A stretch of DNA of 64,000 nt, taken from Opitutales bacterium. GTDB lineage: Bacteria; Verrucomicrobiota; Verrucomicrobiia; Opitutales; UBA2987. Shown piece by piece: positions 41,544-53,038 of this stretch; position 1 is the first letter of the stretch; every line of letters begins with the position of its first letter. The position numbers and the translations under genes are program-made. The notes beneath the pieces are model-generated. The model ran no database searches. It saw only the letters and a program-made list of their open reading frames with translations, and was not told the origin of the DNA. The stretch is from contig CBDDEL010000015.1 of the NCBI GenBank assembly GCA_965226885.1, positions 320,001 through 384,000 of the forward strand, in the 5' to 3' direction.

Positions 41544-42230
41544 ATGAAGAACATCATTTTTTGCTTTGTTTTTGTTTCGATATCCTGCGGCTCCTTTTCA
41601 ATTGCGCGTGGCGCCCACCATGAGGAGAAAAATGACTGGATTTCACTTTTCAATGGAAAAGACCTAGAAGGATGGGTCCAGCGCAACGGCACTGCGACTT
41701 ACCGAGTGGAGGATAACGCCATCGTCGGGAAAACTTCGGTGGGAAGCCCAAACTCGTTCTTATGCACCAAGAAAGATTACAGCGATTTCGAGCTGATGTT
41801 TGAAGTGAAAGTTGACGACTTACTTAATTCAGGCGTCCAAATCCGCTCGAAAAGTGTGCCGGAGTTCAGGAACGGGCGCGTGCATGGCCCACAGGTAGAA
41901 ATTGCGATAGATGGCACGGCCGGCTTTATTTTCGGAGAAGCGATGGGAAAAGGTTGGTTTAGCAGGGATCTCGACAATGAGCAAGCACAGGCCGCTTTCA
42001 AAAAAGGCGAATGGAACAGCTACCGCGTGCGCGCTGAAGGACAATCGATACGGACTTGGGTTAATGGCGTGCCCATCACTAATCTAACAGACGATATCTC
42101 GAATATGGACAAAGGTTTCATAGGTTTGCAAGTCCATGAAATCGAGGCTGGCACGGGACCGGGACCGTTCGAGGTTCATTGGCGAAACCTCAAAATTCGA
42201 AAATTGAATCCCAAGGAGAAAAGCCCGTAG
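41544..42230 (+). CDS. DUF1080 / 3-keto-disaccharide hydrolase domain protein
   Basis: SLFNGKDLEGW, NSGVQIRS, GPQVEI, GFIGLQVH. Confidence 0.9.
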   Translation: MKNIIFCFVFVSISCGSFSIARGAHHEEKNDWISLFNGKDLEGWVQRNGTATYRVEDNAIVGKTSVGSPNSFLCTKKDYSDFELMFEVKVDDLLNSGVQIRSKSVPEFRNGRVHGPQVEIAIDGTAGFIFGEAMGKGWFSRDLDNEQAQAAFKKGEWNSYRVRAEGQSIRTWVNGVPITNLTDDISNMDKGFIGLQVHEIEAGTGPGPFEVHWRNLKIRKLNPKEKSP

Positions 42231-42256
42231 AGTAGTTTTTGGAGAGACGCGAATGA

Positions 42257-43376
42257 TCAATTCAGGTCGGGCTGCAACGCTGCGCCCGCCACGGTCTTGT
42301 TCAATGCCGGCATCAACTCCTTGACGAACAGTTCCATGCTGCGGATCCAGCTCGGCTTGTCGTCCCAATCATAACCCATCAAGACCAAAGTGCCAAATAT
42401 GCCCGTTTCTTCAATCAGACCTATCAGCCGACGGAGAACTTCATCGACATCACCGGCCATAATCTGCTCGGTCATCAGGTAGTCGAGTTGGCACTCAGAA
42501 TCAGGCATATCAGGATCGCGCTTGTAGAGATGCGCCGGCCGAGACCCTGGTCGAGGAGCCGACCGATATATTTGTATTTCATTCCCAACGAATTGCTGCG
42601 GACGCGCTCTTGTGCTTCCTTTGTCGTGTCGGCCAGGAAGATCGAGCGGGCGACTTTCCAATCGGAACGATTGGGTTCGCGCCCGGCCGCCCGCGCCGCA
42701 GTTTCATAGGTACAACACAGATCGGCCACGACATTCCCTGGAATCAGGCAATGGGCGAAGGGTTGGCATCCGCGTTGTACGGCAATTTTCATGCTGTAGG
42801 AATTGCGGCTCATCCTAGGTATGGCGATGGGCGGAGTGAGCTGCTGTAGTGGCTTGTGAATGAAGCCAATGAGCGTCTCTAGGTCGAAGTGCTCTTCGAG
42901 ATTGATCTGCCAATACTTGCCATTGTGCCTGTAGGGCGGATCGGAGACCACAGCTTCAAAATAACGTCGAGGGCCTCGAGTGCCATTTCGCCGCCCTGCT
43001 TGGGATCGAGTCCGTAAAGTTCGTGATCTGCAGTTACGCTGCCGGGGCCGAAGTAAAGATTCAACCGGCCTTTCGACAAGTGATCCAGAAAAGGCAGGCG
43101 GCTGGCCACATTGGCGGGGTGGTGCTGGTTGAGGCACACAGGTGCCGCGCCCAGCCGCATACGGCTGGTTTCGCCTAACGCCCGTGCGATAAATATCTCG
43201 GCCATCACGATAGTCTCATATTTCATGGTGTTGTGTTCACCGATCCAAAACTCGTCGAAACCGAGCTCCTCGGCTCTGATGATCAGCTCCAGGTCCTCGT
43301 CATAACCTTGAGCGAGCGGCTTTTCCGGTGAATAAAATGGCATGATAAACATGCCGTACTTGATTGGATTGGACAT
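42257..43376 (-). pseudogene. LLM-class flavin-dependent oxidoreductase, two frameshifts
   Basis: AEELGFDEFWIGEH, LDHLSKGR, SMELFVKELMP spread over three frames; RBS AGGAGG before 43376. Confidence 0.85.
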
Positions 43377-43510
43377 GGTGCCTCCTAACCTAAGACCGCC
43401 GTCTCTAGGCGACCTGGGTCTGTCTCGTCTGCGCCGAGCCAACGGACGGGCAGAGGGTAGAGCGTCAGCGACCGGTCTTCCAGGGGCAGTTTCACCGGCG
43501 CGCTGCCTAA

Positions 43511-45091
43511 CCCGGATATTTCATGAAGGGTAAAGTTTGGCTCGTTATTGCTATTGGAGATGGATTTCTTTGTATTTTGAGCAGATCGTCTTGATTTTTA
43601 GGTCTTGATTTTTAGGTGTTTTTCAGGGTGTAGAGACACTGCCCCCTTTCCCCCATTGGTTCGGTAGTGCCGGGGGCAGCACCAATGCACCCTTTAGGTT
43701 GGCACCAATCGGCGGGCCGCATGGTTGAAAAGACTGGCCCAAGGATAACTCTCACTTAGGTGAAAGTGAATCGTTCGGGTGTTGCGCACGATGACCGCTC
43801 CGATCTTGATTAATTTGAGCCGCAGGGTGTGGCATTGGGCCCGCGCCCACTTCGTCCCTTTTAAGGCTAACCGGCGCATGGCTTCCATCAAGGTGTAGGC
43901 CAGCGCCGACAAGAGCAATCGCCACTGATTGGCCCACCATTGATGGGCGCTGGTGCGCTCGCTGAACAATTGCATCTGTTCCTTGATTCGGTTCTCCATT
44001 TCACCGCGGCCACAGTATACCTTGTCGTAAAGCTCCTGGGGATCGCCCGGCAGGTTCGTCACCACGAAGCGCGGGTTGGACCCCTGTGCGGTGTGTTCGG
44101 CTTTATGGATGACCAACCGCAGCCATCGCCACGAATCGGCAGCATAGACGAAGTCCTGGAATAACCGTTGTTTTTTACCCCTTAGTTCGAACCATTCTTT
44201 GGCCTGCTTTTGCAACTGCTGGGCGTCTTGCTGCAAGCGTGCATTGCGAGCCATCCCCACGATGTAACTAACTTCGTTGCGGTCGCACCAAGAGAGTATC
44301 CGGTCTCGACAAAATCCACTGTCGGCGCGCCAAATAATCCGCGTACGGGGCCAGCTTTGGCGAATCCGTTTAACCAGCAATTTGAGGATGGCCCCGGCAT
44401 GCTTGCTGGCATCGATCTTGCTCGGCCGCAGGTAGGCCACCAGCAGCTGATCACCGCAAAAAACATATAGCGGCAGAAAACAGTAATGATCATAATAACC
44501 GTGGAAAAAACGTCCCTCCTGGAGCCCGTGCACCGGATTGTCGGTGGCGTCAAAGTCCAGGATGATCTCTTCGGGTTCCTCGGCAAAGGAGCCCATGAAC
44601 TGTTCGACCAACAGCTCGTTTACCGCAAAGGCCGCCCGCCGATCCTGCCCGTTTTCAAAACGACACAAAGTCGGCGCGCTGGCCAACGTTTCAATGCGCC
44701 CCGTTACCGTTTGCAACAATGGATCGTGGCGCAGGGTATCAAAGTCGTTCAAATCCTCATAGCCCGCCACCAGCCCGTAAACGCGCTGCCGCAGCATCCC
44801 CAATACCTCATGGCGTACTTTGCCCTTCTGCCGTTTGTCCACTAACTGTCGGGCCGCTCGTTCGGTCAAGCCCAACTGCCGATCCACTTCCCGGATCAAA
44901 AGCAGTCCGGCATCCGAAGTAACCTCTCCGCCCTTGAAATCAACCCGCACACGGCGGCCTTTTACCCTTGTCAACTGTAGCTTTAATTGTTTACCTTTTG
45001 TCATCGCTGATATTGCTTTAATTATTGATCTATCCTGCTGTATATCAGCAGTTAAGCATATCAACGATACTTTTTTTACGAAATATCCGGG
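43511..45091 (-). mobile_element. IS1380-family insertion sequence copy 2 (1581 bp)
   Basis: Same IRs; CTAA target duplication; protein identical to copy 1; extra 14-bp duplication at 43588-43615. Confidence 0.95.
43694..45004 (-). CDS. IS1380-family transposase (intact)
   Basis: Translation identical to 3109-4419. Confidence 0.95.
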   Translation of the reverse strand: MTKGKQLKLQLTRVKGRRVRVDFKGGEVTSDAGLLLIREVDRQLGLTERAARQLVDKRQKGKVRHEVLGMLRQRVYGLVAGYEDLNDFDTLRHDPLLQTVTGRIETLASAPTLCRFENGQDRRAAFAVNELLVEQFMGSFAEEPEEIILDFDATDNPVHGLQEGRFFHGYYDHYCFLPLYVFCGDQLLVAYLRPSKIDASKHAGAILKLLVKRIRQSWPRTRIIWRADSGFCRDRILSWCDRNEVSYIVGMARNARLQQDAQQLQKQAKEWFELRGKKQRLFQDFVYAADSWRWLRLVIHKAEHTAQGSNPRFVVTNLPGDPQELYDKVYCGRGEMENRIKEQMQLFSERTSAHQWWANQWRLLLSALAYTLMEAMRRLALKGTKWARAQCHTLRLKLIKIGAVIVRNTRTIHFHLSESYPWASLFNHAARRLVPT

Positions 45092-46127
45092 CTAACTGCA
45101 CCGACAGCTTGGCGGCAATCGCCACCTCCAGCGCCTGGCGCAGGTCGTGCCCCGATAACCACAGCTTGCTGCCTGTTTCCACAGTCGCCAGGAAGGAGCG
45201 GATGGAACCGGTAAGGTACCTGAACTGGCTCCACTGGTAGGGGGTGTAGGGCCTCTCGACCCTTACCCTTTCGCCCTTGGCGTCGAAGCCCTGGTAAATC
45301 TCGGACGGCACGCCCCACTTGCAGCGGACGAGTGAATCCCGGCTCCAGACATCCACACCGCGCTCTCGAGTAGGCGTTCCGAATACGGTACACTCCCGCC
45401 CATTGGAGAGGCGGAAGCGGGCATTGATGATGAGCCCCTCGTCGATGTCTCTGGCCACCACTTCCTCGAACCAGTAGGGCGCATCCCGGTGCGTGCCCCA
45501 CGTGATGATCTCCTCGATCTCGGCATCCGTCATTAGGCGCAGCATGGAAACATCCTGGCAGCCGCCACCGGAGATCTCGGCTCCCCACCCGATTATGCTG
45601 GCCCCAATGAGCTCTCCATAATCTCCTGCCCATAGCCAGCCGGCCGCCTCCTGATTCTCATTCAACGCTCGCATGAGGTTCCCTCCGGCGAAAACCACCC
45701 CAAGCCTTTCACAAGTATCCACCATCTCGTCGGCGTCGGACAGTTTCGCCGCAATCGGTTTGTCTGTAGACACTCCCTTCACGCCCACCTCGGCGCAGGC
45801 GATCACCGCCTCCTTGTAGTATTTCGTAGGAGTCACCACCGCCACGATGTCGGTCACCACGTCCTTCAAGAGGGCATTTACGTCCTCGTATAAAGCCTTC
45901 ACGCAAAACTTCTCTCCGACCGCCTTGCGTCTCTCGGTCCGACCGCCTTGCGTCTCTCGGGATTGTACTCTGCGATAGCCACGATCTCACAATCCGGGTA
46001 GGTTGAGTACGCGTCGACGTAGATCTGCCCCATGAGGCCGCAGCCGACAATCGCCACACGGTGTTTGACTTCGCTCATGATTGAGCCTCCTTTCTTTTTT
46101 CCAAACGAGAGTTTATCATAAGCTTTC

Positions 46128-46606
46128 TCCGCCGCTCTTCCCGCCCATTGGTCACCCATTCAGGTCTATTTCGGCATCACCGTTGTGCTATCGTTTTTGG
46201 GCTGGACCGGACGGACTGGCTCTCGTGGTGCGGGGTAAGGATCCTCTCCCTGCGTGAAGAAGACTATGCCACGGCTGCGCTTCTTTGTGGAGCGAGCAAG
46301 TGGCGCATCATAGTACGGCACCTCCTGCCCGGATTTGCCAGCCACATCATTGTCACACTGACCTTGACCTTGCCCATCATGATCCTGGGCGAAACCGCCC
46401 TGAGCTTCCTCGGTCTCGGGCTACGCCCTCCGGTCACGAGTTGGGGAGTCCTCCTCAAAGAGGCTCAAAACGTACAGGCAGTGGCTCTGCAGCCGTGGCT
46501 TTTGATCCCGGCGGTGGCTGTCATCGCCGCGGTGCTGGCCTTCAATTTCCTCGGCGATGGCCTGCGCGACGCAGCTGATCCCTATGCACATGGAGACTCA
46601 TTATAA
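46128..46606 (+). pseudogene. Peptide ABC permease (DppC/OppC-like), 5'-truncated and frameshifted
   Basis: SAALPAHW...GWTG, then EAA-like loop 'YATAALLCGAS', HLLP, ETALSFLGLG, GDGLRDAADP. CGGA duplication near 46208 plus a 1-nt insertion. Confidence 0.85.
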
Positions 46607-46615
46607 AAGGATTGG

Positions 46616-48163
46616 CTACCACCCAGAACCGGCATTTTCGACCGTATCCCCGTTTCCACCGAAGCGCAAAGCATACAGATCTGCGTCATGCAGGTGAAAT
46701 CGAAGTCGTACCGGTTTGCCAGCTAGTGAACTCACCTCCCGGCCACTGCGCCATCGAACTGGATATTCGATTGCATCGCCGAAAATTTCAGGACAGTCAG
46801 CGAGAGAAAATCCTTTGATGGGCGTGCCCTGGCTGTTCTGAATCTCCACCCGGATGCCGCCGGCCGCGGAAGTCGAATAGTTGATCGTCATTATGCCGCC
46901 TTCGAAGATGAGGGGTTTGGTGGTGAATTCGCCGCCTTGCAAGGGTGCGTAAACCGAGACGAAGCCGTCGATGCGCAGTGTGTAGCGCCGCAGTCTCGAG
47001 CTGTTGCCCGTAAAGTAACTTTCAGTGGCATAGAGGGATAGTTCCGGCGGCGAATCGTCATCCGCGGATTCCGTCTCCACGACATGCCAGGCCACATAAT
47101 TATCCCCATAGGCCCAGTTGTGCTGGGTGCGCAAGCCCGGGCGGAGGAAGGCCTCGTCCCAACGGTGAAAGGTTAAACCATCTCGGCTGGACATGAAGAG
47201 GGCGTCGGTCACGGCGGTCCCGTAGCGGCTGTTTGTCTGGGCGCGTTGCCTGCGAAGTTCCAGTGAAGGGAGGGCAATGGTGGCATCGGTCCAGCCGCGA
47301 TCCACGTACCTGGCCGGAAACCCGATCAAGAGGTGCTCGGCGCGGTAGTACGGTTTTATCTGGTTGGTATAAAGCTGCTCCATGGGTGCTCCTGGAAATC
47401 GCAGCCATTCTCGCTCCGACCAGTGAATGAAGTCATCGGATGTGGCCGTCATGATGCCCCGGCGTCCTTCGTGGAAATCGCGAATGTAAACGCGATATTT
47501 GCCAATGTTGGGGTCCCAGAACGCGATATTCTGCGTGTCGAATGGGTGCCCCGTCATGACCGGCCGGTTTTGGTTATAGAGGGTCCAGTGAATGCCGTCG
47601 GGGGACTTGAAAGCGTAGAGGCCGGCGGGGTTTGCGCCAAGACCCACGGCTTTATACTCTTCTCCCGGCATCACCTGCGGATTGGCATCCTTGAAAACAG
47701 AAAAGTCGTGACAGCCACTCCCGTTGATGGTGGCAAGGATGATATTGTTTTCCTTGGAACCTTCGTACTCGACTAGGCCGAGTTTCGGTTTGACCCAGTG
47801 GATGCCGTCCTGGCTTTGCGCATAGGCGATGAAGAGGGGATGCCCCTGGCCACCGTCTGACGGAATGTGCCAGGCATGATAATACATGCGGTAATCGTCG
47901 CCGTCCCGGAATACGGTATGGTAACCGCACGCGCTCCCCTCCCAAGGCTCATCGTGAACCATGGCAATTTCGCGACGCACCGGGTGATTGAGACGCAGTG
48001 CCGCCTCCCCTTTCATTTCTGCAATCAGGTGCTTGTCGACGAAAAGTTCCCGGTTTTGACCGATGTCGATGAGATCATTTCCGGCCTGGACACTCGTTGT
48101 CGCAAGCAAAGTTAAAAGCGAAAAAAGGGAGACCGTCCTTTCCACATAGACCCTACGCTTCAT
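46616..48163 (-). CDS. Secreted five-bladed beta-propeller glycosidase-like hypothetical protein
   Basis: Signal peptide, RELFVD, repeated SxDGIHW, LRIDGFVS. Confidence 0.6.
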   Translation of the reverse strand: MKRRVYVERTVSLFSLLTLLATTSVQAGNDLIDIGQNRELFVDKHLIAEMKGEAALRLNHPVRREIAMVHDEPWEGSACGYHTVFRDGDDYRMYYHAWHIPSDGGQGHPLFIAYAQSQDGIHWVKPKLGLVEYEGSKENNIILATINGSGCHDFSVFKDANPQVMPGEEYKAVGLGANPAGLYAFKSPDGIHWTLYNQNRPVMTGHPFDTQNIAFWDPNIGKYRVYIRDFHEGRRGIMTATSDDFIHWSEREWLRFPGAPMEQLYTNQIKPYYRAEHLLIGFPARYVDRGWTDATIALPSLELRRQRAQTNSRYGTAVTDALFMSSRDGLTFHRWDEAFLRPGLRTQHNWAYGDNYVAWHVVETESADDDSPPELSLYATESYFTGNSSRLRRYTLRIDGFVSVYAPLQGGEFTTKPLIFEGGIMTINYSTSAAGGIRVEIQNSQGTPIKGFSLADCPEIFGDAIEYPVRWRSGREVSSLAGKPVRLRFHLHDADLYALRFGGNGDTVENAGSGW

Positions 48164-48165
48164 AT

Positions 48166-49095
48166 TCACAGTTTCAACAATTCGGGAGTGTTCGCTTCCA
48201 TCCATGCTCGAAGTTCCTGCACGTCCTGGTCAGTGACGCTGAGGTAGGGGCCACGCGAACGCGCGCTCATTGTCAGGAACCCCGAGGTAACACCCATCAA
48301 CCGGTCGTAGGCTGTATCCGTGTAGCCTTTTTCTGTAAAGGGTCTCAATCCTTCGCGGACTAGCCGGTCCAGCATGTCCGTCCACGGATTCAGTTCGACC
48401 CACTTTTGACGCCGCATCAGATCGAACATGTGAAGTACAACCCTCGGATTCATGTAGACTAACGCGCTGGCGGCTCCAATGAGGCCGTGCGGACCCAGGC
48501 GGCTCCATTCATTCTCAGCGGCCCAAACATTGACGAACTCATTGAGTTCCCGGCATCCCTCCGGTGTCGCGCCCACCGTGCCCGCATTTGCCTTCACCGC
48601 GACATAGCAACCGGTGGCTTCAGAGACGGCGCGATGCTGGTCCACGGTAAGCGTTTTTTTCGCGCGCAATGTTTCGTAGATCGATAATGCCAGGCTTGGG
48701 CATGCATCGGTCACCTCTTGGAGAAAGGGAACGATCTGACGGTTGTCCAACTCCATCCAGAATGGCAAAGCCACCTGCACGGCGTCCGCCCCCACCTTTG
48801 CCGCATAGGCTGCCCGGCGTTGGGCACCCAGGGTGTAGGTGGAAGTGACGCCAATCATTACGGGAGTCCCGTGCTTCCGGCACTCCTCCACGGTCGCCTT
48901 GGTAACCGCCTTCCACTCGTCGAACTCCATGGCGTAGAACTCACCGGTTGTTCCCGCCGTGTAGACACCCGGAACACCTGCCTTGCATATCCGCTCGACT
49001 ACCGCGCGATAGGCCTGTTCATCGAACATCAGGTTCTCGTCCCAGGCAACTGGTAGGCCGGCCCAGGGCCCGATCATCTCATTACGTGATAGCAT
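48166..49095 (-). CDS. DapA/NanA (DHDPS) family class I aldolase
   Basis: AGTTGEF, Tyr in SIYE, Lys in AVK. Confidence 0.8.
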   Translation of the reverse strand: MLSRNEMIGPWAGLPVAWDENLMFDEQAYRAVVERICKAGVPGVYTAGTTGEFYAMEFDEWKAVTKATVEECRKHGTPVMIGVTSTYTLGAQRRAAYAAKVGADAVQVALPFWMELDNRQIVPFLQEVTDACPSLALSIYETLRAKKTLTVDQHRAVSEATGCYVAVKANAGTVGATPEGCRELNEFVNVWAAENEWSRLGPHGLIGAASALVYMNPRVVLHMFDLMRRQKWVELNPWTDMLDRLVREGLRPFTEKGYTDTAYDRLMGVTSGFLTMSARSRGPYLSVTDQDVQELRAWMEANTPELLKL

Positions 49096-49136
49096 CTATT
49101 GGTTTCCTCTTGATTACTAAGTTGAAATTAACCTAA

Positions 49137-50890
49137 TCACGAAGTCATTTTCTTGATCGGCCAGGGTTGCACACCGCAGCGTTGGGCCCAACGCTCGTAA
49201 ATTTCCGCGAGCTCGGAAACTTTATCGGGATATTGCTTTGCCAGGTCATGCAATTCTGTGCGGTCGGCTTCCAAATCGTAAAGTTCCCACTTCTGATGAT
49301 TGGTAATGGTGGTCCAGTCATCCCATTGGCCGGCATTCTTTTGTTGTCTTATGTGATTTGCTTTTTCGACCAGCTTCCATTTGCCTTTCCGCACGGCGCG
49401 GTCGCCGGTAAGCTCCCAGCAAAGGGATTCATGCCCCGGGCGCTGCTTTCCCTGGAAAATGGACATCAGGCTTTTCCCTTCGAGCGGGATAATTTCCCGA
49501 TTAATATAGGTCTTCGGATACTCGATTCCCGCAACGTCAATACAGGTGGCCAAAATGTCCATGACATGACCAACTTGGTGGGTAATGCCAATGTGGTTTC
49601 TAATGACGGCCAGCCAATGAGAAATCAGAGGAGTCGCAATACCGCCTTCATGCATCCAGGTTATGTAAAGCCGGAAAGGGGTGTTACTTGCGTTGGCCCA
49701 GGACAAGCCGTAGGACATATAGGAATTGACGTTGCCGGGCGGGTCCTGGTCCTTCCCGATGTTTATCCCGGTGGGACCGCCCCAAGAGGCTGCGCCATTG
49801 TCCGAGAGGAAAAGTACGAGGGTATTTTTTTCCGCGTCGATATCTGCCAGTTTGTCGAGAATTTTTCCGATGCCTTGATCCATCCGGTCGATTTGGGCTG
49901 CGTAAATGGCCATTTTCATGTCCATCAATTCCTTATTTTTTTCCTCTTCCAAAGACCTGGCATTGGCATCCCGAGGGGTTAGTTCCCAATTTCTGTCGAT
50001 AATGCCCTGGTCAATCATGCGTTCATAGCGTTCTTGGCGCAGTCTTGGCGCAGTCGATCCCAACCTTTCATGTATTTTCCTCTATACCGGGCAATATCCT
50101 CCGGCAATGCCTGCAGAGGAACATGGGGGGTCGTATAAGAAACATAGAGGAAAAAGGGTTGTGTTTTAGCGTCATGATCATCGAGGAATTTGACGGCATA
50201 ATCGCTAATCGCATCGGTCATATAAAACCCCTCTGCATCCGGCTCGAACCTCTCACCATCCAAGGCTACTCTCCTTATCCCGTCTTCGGGAAAGTAGGGC
50301 GCTTTCATGCCGGATTTGACATCAAAATAGTTGGCGCCACCGCTGATCAATCCGAAATACCTGTCAAATCCGCGATCTACAGGCCAATGCGGGCGCGTTT
50401 CCCCCACATGCCATTTCCCGGACATCATGGTGCGATATCCGCCTAATTTAAGAGCTTCCGCGATGGTGACGCAGCGATCATTCAAATGCCCCAGATAAGC
50501 GGGATATCCTTTCCCCGCCAGTTGGGCCGGTATCTGTGGATCATGAACCATAAATCCCAGTCCCGTCTGATGTGCATACAAACCGGTTAAAAGAGACGCG
50601 CGAGTAGGACAGCATACCGCCCCATTGTAAAATTGCGTGAAACGAAGCCCCTCACCAGCCAAACGATCTATGTTGGGAGTGCGGATTTCACCCCCGTAAC
50701 AACCCACATCGGAAAATCCCATATCATCAGCCATGACCACTACAATATTGGGGCGATTCGCGGAGATTTCCCTTTCGCTTTTTGTTTTTTTCAGAAAAAA
50801 ACCCTTGGCCGGACTGGATACCGCACTTGAGGCCAGGATCCCATGGCAAAGTGAACTCAGAAACTGTCGTCGGCTGTAGTTTCGATTCAT
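49137..50890 (-). pseudogene. Tat-exported arylsulfatase, frameshifted
   Basis: SRRQFL, ADDMG, CCPTRASLLTG, GKWH. 11-bp duplication at 50032-50053 splits the two ORFs. Confidence 0.9.
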
Positions 50891-50944
50891 TTGAAAAATC
50901 AGGATCCGAGAATCGATTTGAGAATTATTTCTGGACGCTTTTGG

Positions 50945-53014
50945 TCAACGGTTCAGGGGCAGATCAAGCGCGGGGTTGAGTTCGAAAAAGTCGAAGGGCC
51001 GCACTTCAAATTCGTGCCAGACCGTAGGAAGGACGGGCCAATCTTCGGCTCGCACCACATGATGAAATCCAAGCGTATACCATAGCACGATGTCGGTGTT
51101 TTCAATGGGGCGATTGGCCTTTGTCCAGGTGGGCAGACCATCTCCACCTTTGCTTTGGTTGGGGTAAGTCCCACTAGCATAGCGTTCTTCCGATTGGTAG
51201 GGAGTCACCCAAAGATGATAATCAGTGAAACCGGCCCGTTGCTGCGGATAATCGTCGGAAGTCAATAACGAGACGGCATTAGCCTTGAATTTGAGTTGGT
51301 AACTGACGGGATAGCCAAGTGGCCCACTGATATTGGGGTTGATGACGCGCCAGAGGGCGGGTTTCTGAAGATTGATCCGCAACTTGGCCTCTTGCTCGGT
51401 CGCGGCAATATGCGGATCGATCACCCAAACGCTTTTCCGTGGACTATCAACTCCTAAATTCACCGTTTTAAGTCGATCGAGGAGAAAACTGTTTTCAGTG
51501 CCATCGACATCGAAATCGAGCCTGAAGGAAAAAAAGTGATCGTGGTTGATAGCCACCGTATGTTCCGCTACCATGCGGCCGTAAGCCATATTACGATCCT
51601 GTGTTTTTTCTGCGGCGGTACGGTTTTGCACCGCCGCGACCTGCTCGATTCCGCTGGCCCCCAAAGCGACCTTTATGGACCCGGTTAATCCGAACACAAA
51701 ATCGATAATGTAATCGTAGTTTCCGATCGCCGAAATGGAACGTAATACAAGCTCTGTTCTTTTCCGGACATCACTTTGGCCATGGTTGCCTTCAAAATGC
51801 CGCCATTCCATGTCGCCCGCGTAACGCTCAAAGAGGCAGACCGCATTTTGCTGTTTGTAGGGACGGCCCCGATCGTTCGCAAACTCCGCGTCAAAAAAAA
51901 CCGCGTGCTCGGGGGCATCCAGCCCCTTTACCAACGGCGCGGCCAACTTGCCCACGCCATACTCGCCGGCGTCCAGGTAGGTTCGGAAGTACCACCCGAT
52001 GTCGGGGTTCATATAGGGAACGAACAATTCCGATAAGGCGCCCTGATAGAGGATTGAGCGGGTTTTACCGTTGTCATCGTAACTCACGGTCGAAATCACA
52101 GGGCCAAGCCTTGGATCGATGCGGAAATGAAACCGCCAGTTTTGCCAACTCACTTGATGACCTTCGACTGTAAAGTTCGGGCCTTTTGGCTGAGTCATCG
52201 AGACGGGGTTTGCCGCTTTGCGCAACGGACCAACGGAACCCTCATCGAGATCGATGGGCGTTTGCGGTATTTGAACCGGACCGGTGTCGATCAACTTAAT
52301 GACTTCGCCCTTTTCGATATCTACAACAGCCGTAATTCCCTCAATCGGCCTTCCCCAAAAATTATTTGTACTCCGTCCATCGAAACTGACAACCTTGATG
52401 AGCCGCCTTCCCTCCTCTTCAGCCAGGCCGAAGTAACCGGCGGTTAGGGGGATGCATACCACCTTCCCAAATTCGGTGATTCCTCTCTTCCTGACGGCGG
52501 CCTGCCATGCGGGATTCGATTGAACGATTTTCTGGGCAAGAGTCCATTCCTCGATCAGCACGCCGGGCTGCACACCGTGAATCTGTTTCCAGGAAACCAC
52601 CTCGTTTTGGTCAATATCAATAATCGCCTCGAAGGTTTCGGCGCCTTTTTTGACAATAGCAAACGCGGCCCTAGGCAAAGTGCCGCCCGGTTTCCAACCC
52701 AACACGGCGGCCTTGTCGGGCTCCTGCAATGTAATTAAAGAATAGCGGCTTGAGTCATCGACTAATTTCTCTGCCTTTAAAATCGTTATAACCGCAACGT
52801 ATTCATCCGAAGTCAATGGATCCATTGGATGGAAAACCAACCCAGTTCCCCATAGAGATGTGTTAATCGCCATGAACGATAACAATATTCTCATCATCAG
52901 ATTAGTTTTTTCGAATTTCATGGGAGTCATTTTTTCTAAAGTTGTAGACGATTTCTCCAATTCCATCGCTGTGGTCTCTTTCCTTCGCATCTCGGAATAA
53001 CCTTCAGCATCCAA
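50945..53014 (-). CDS. tynA: Copper/TPQ-dependent primary amine oxidase; start uncertain
   Basis: HPMDPLT, GNYDY (TPQ precursor), HDH and HH copper ligands, AEDWP. Confidence 0.92.
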   Translation of the reverse strand: MDAEGYSEMRRKETTAMELEKSSTTLEKMTPMKFEKTNLMMRILLSFMAINTSLWGTGLVFHPMDPLTSDEYVAVITILKAEKLVDDSSRYSLITLQEPDKAAVLGWKPGGTLPRAAFAIVKKGAETFEAIIDIDQNEVVSWKQIHGVQPGVLIEEWTLAQKIVQSNPAWQAAVRKRGITEFGKVVCIPLTAGYFGLAEEEGRRLIKVVSFDGRSTNNFWGRPIEGITAVVDIEKGEVIKLIDTGPVQIPQTPIDLDEGSVGPLRKAANPVSMTQPKGPNFTVEGHQVSWQNWRFHFRIDPRLGPVISTVSYDDNGKTRSILYQGALSELFVPYMNPDIGWYFRTYLDAGEYGVGKLAAPLVKGLDAPEHAVFFDAEFANDRGRPYKQQNAVCLFERYAGDMEWRHFEGNHGQSDVRKRTELVLRSISAIGNYDYIIDFVFGLTGSIKVALGASGIEQVAAVQNRTAAEKTQDRNMAYGRMVAEHTVAINHDHFFSFRLDFDVDGTENSFLLDRLKTVNLGVDSPRKSVWVIDPHIAATEQEAKLRINLQKPALWRVINPNISGPLGYPVSYQLKFKANAVSLLTSDDYPQQRAGFTDYHLWVTPYQSEERYASGTYPNQSKGGDGLPTWTKANRPIENTDIVLWYTLGFHHVVRAEDWPVLPTVWHEFEVRPFDFFELNPALDLPLNR

Positions 53015-53038
53015 ATCGGTTGCCTACCATTTCCAGTC

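Larger units (their letters stand above)
43385..46078 (-). pseudogene. Gfo/Idh/MocA oxidoreductase, frameshifted and interrupted by IS1380
   Basis: MSEVKHRVAIVGCGLMG start; 23-bp duplication at 45915-45960; C-terminus (GSAPVKLPLEDRSL...) resumes at 43510-43385 beyond the IS. Confidence 0.85.
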
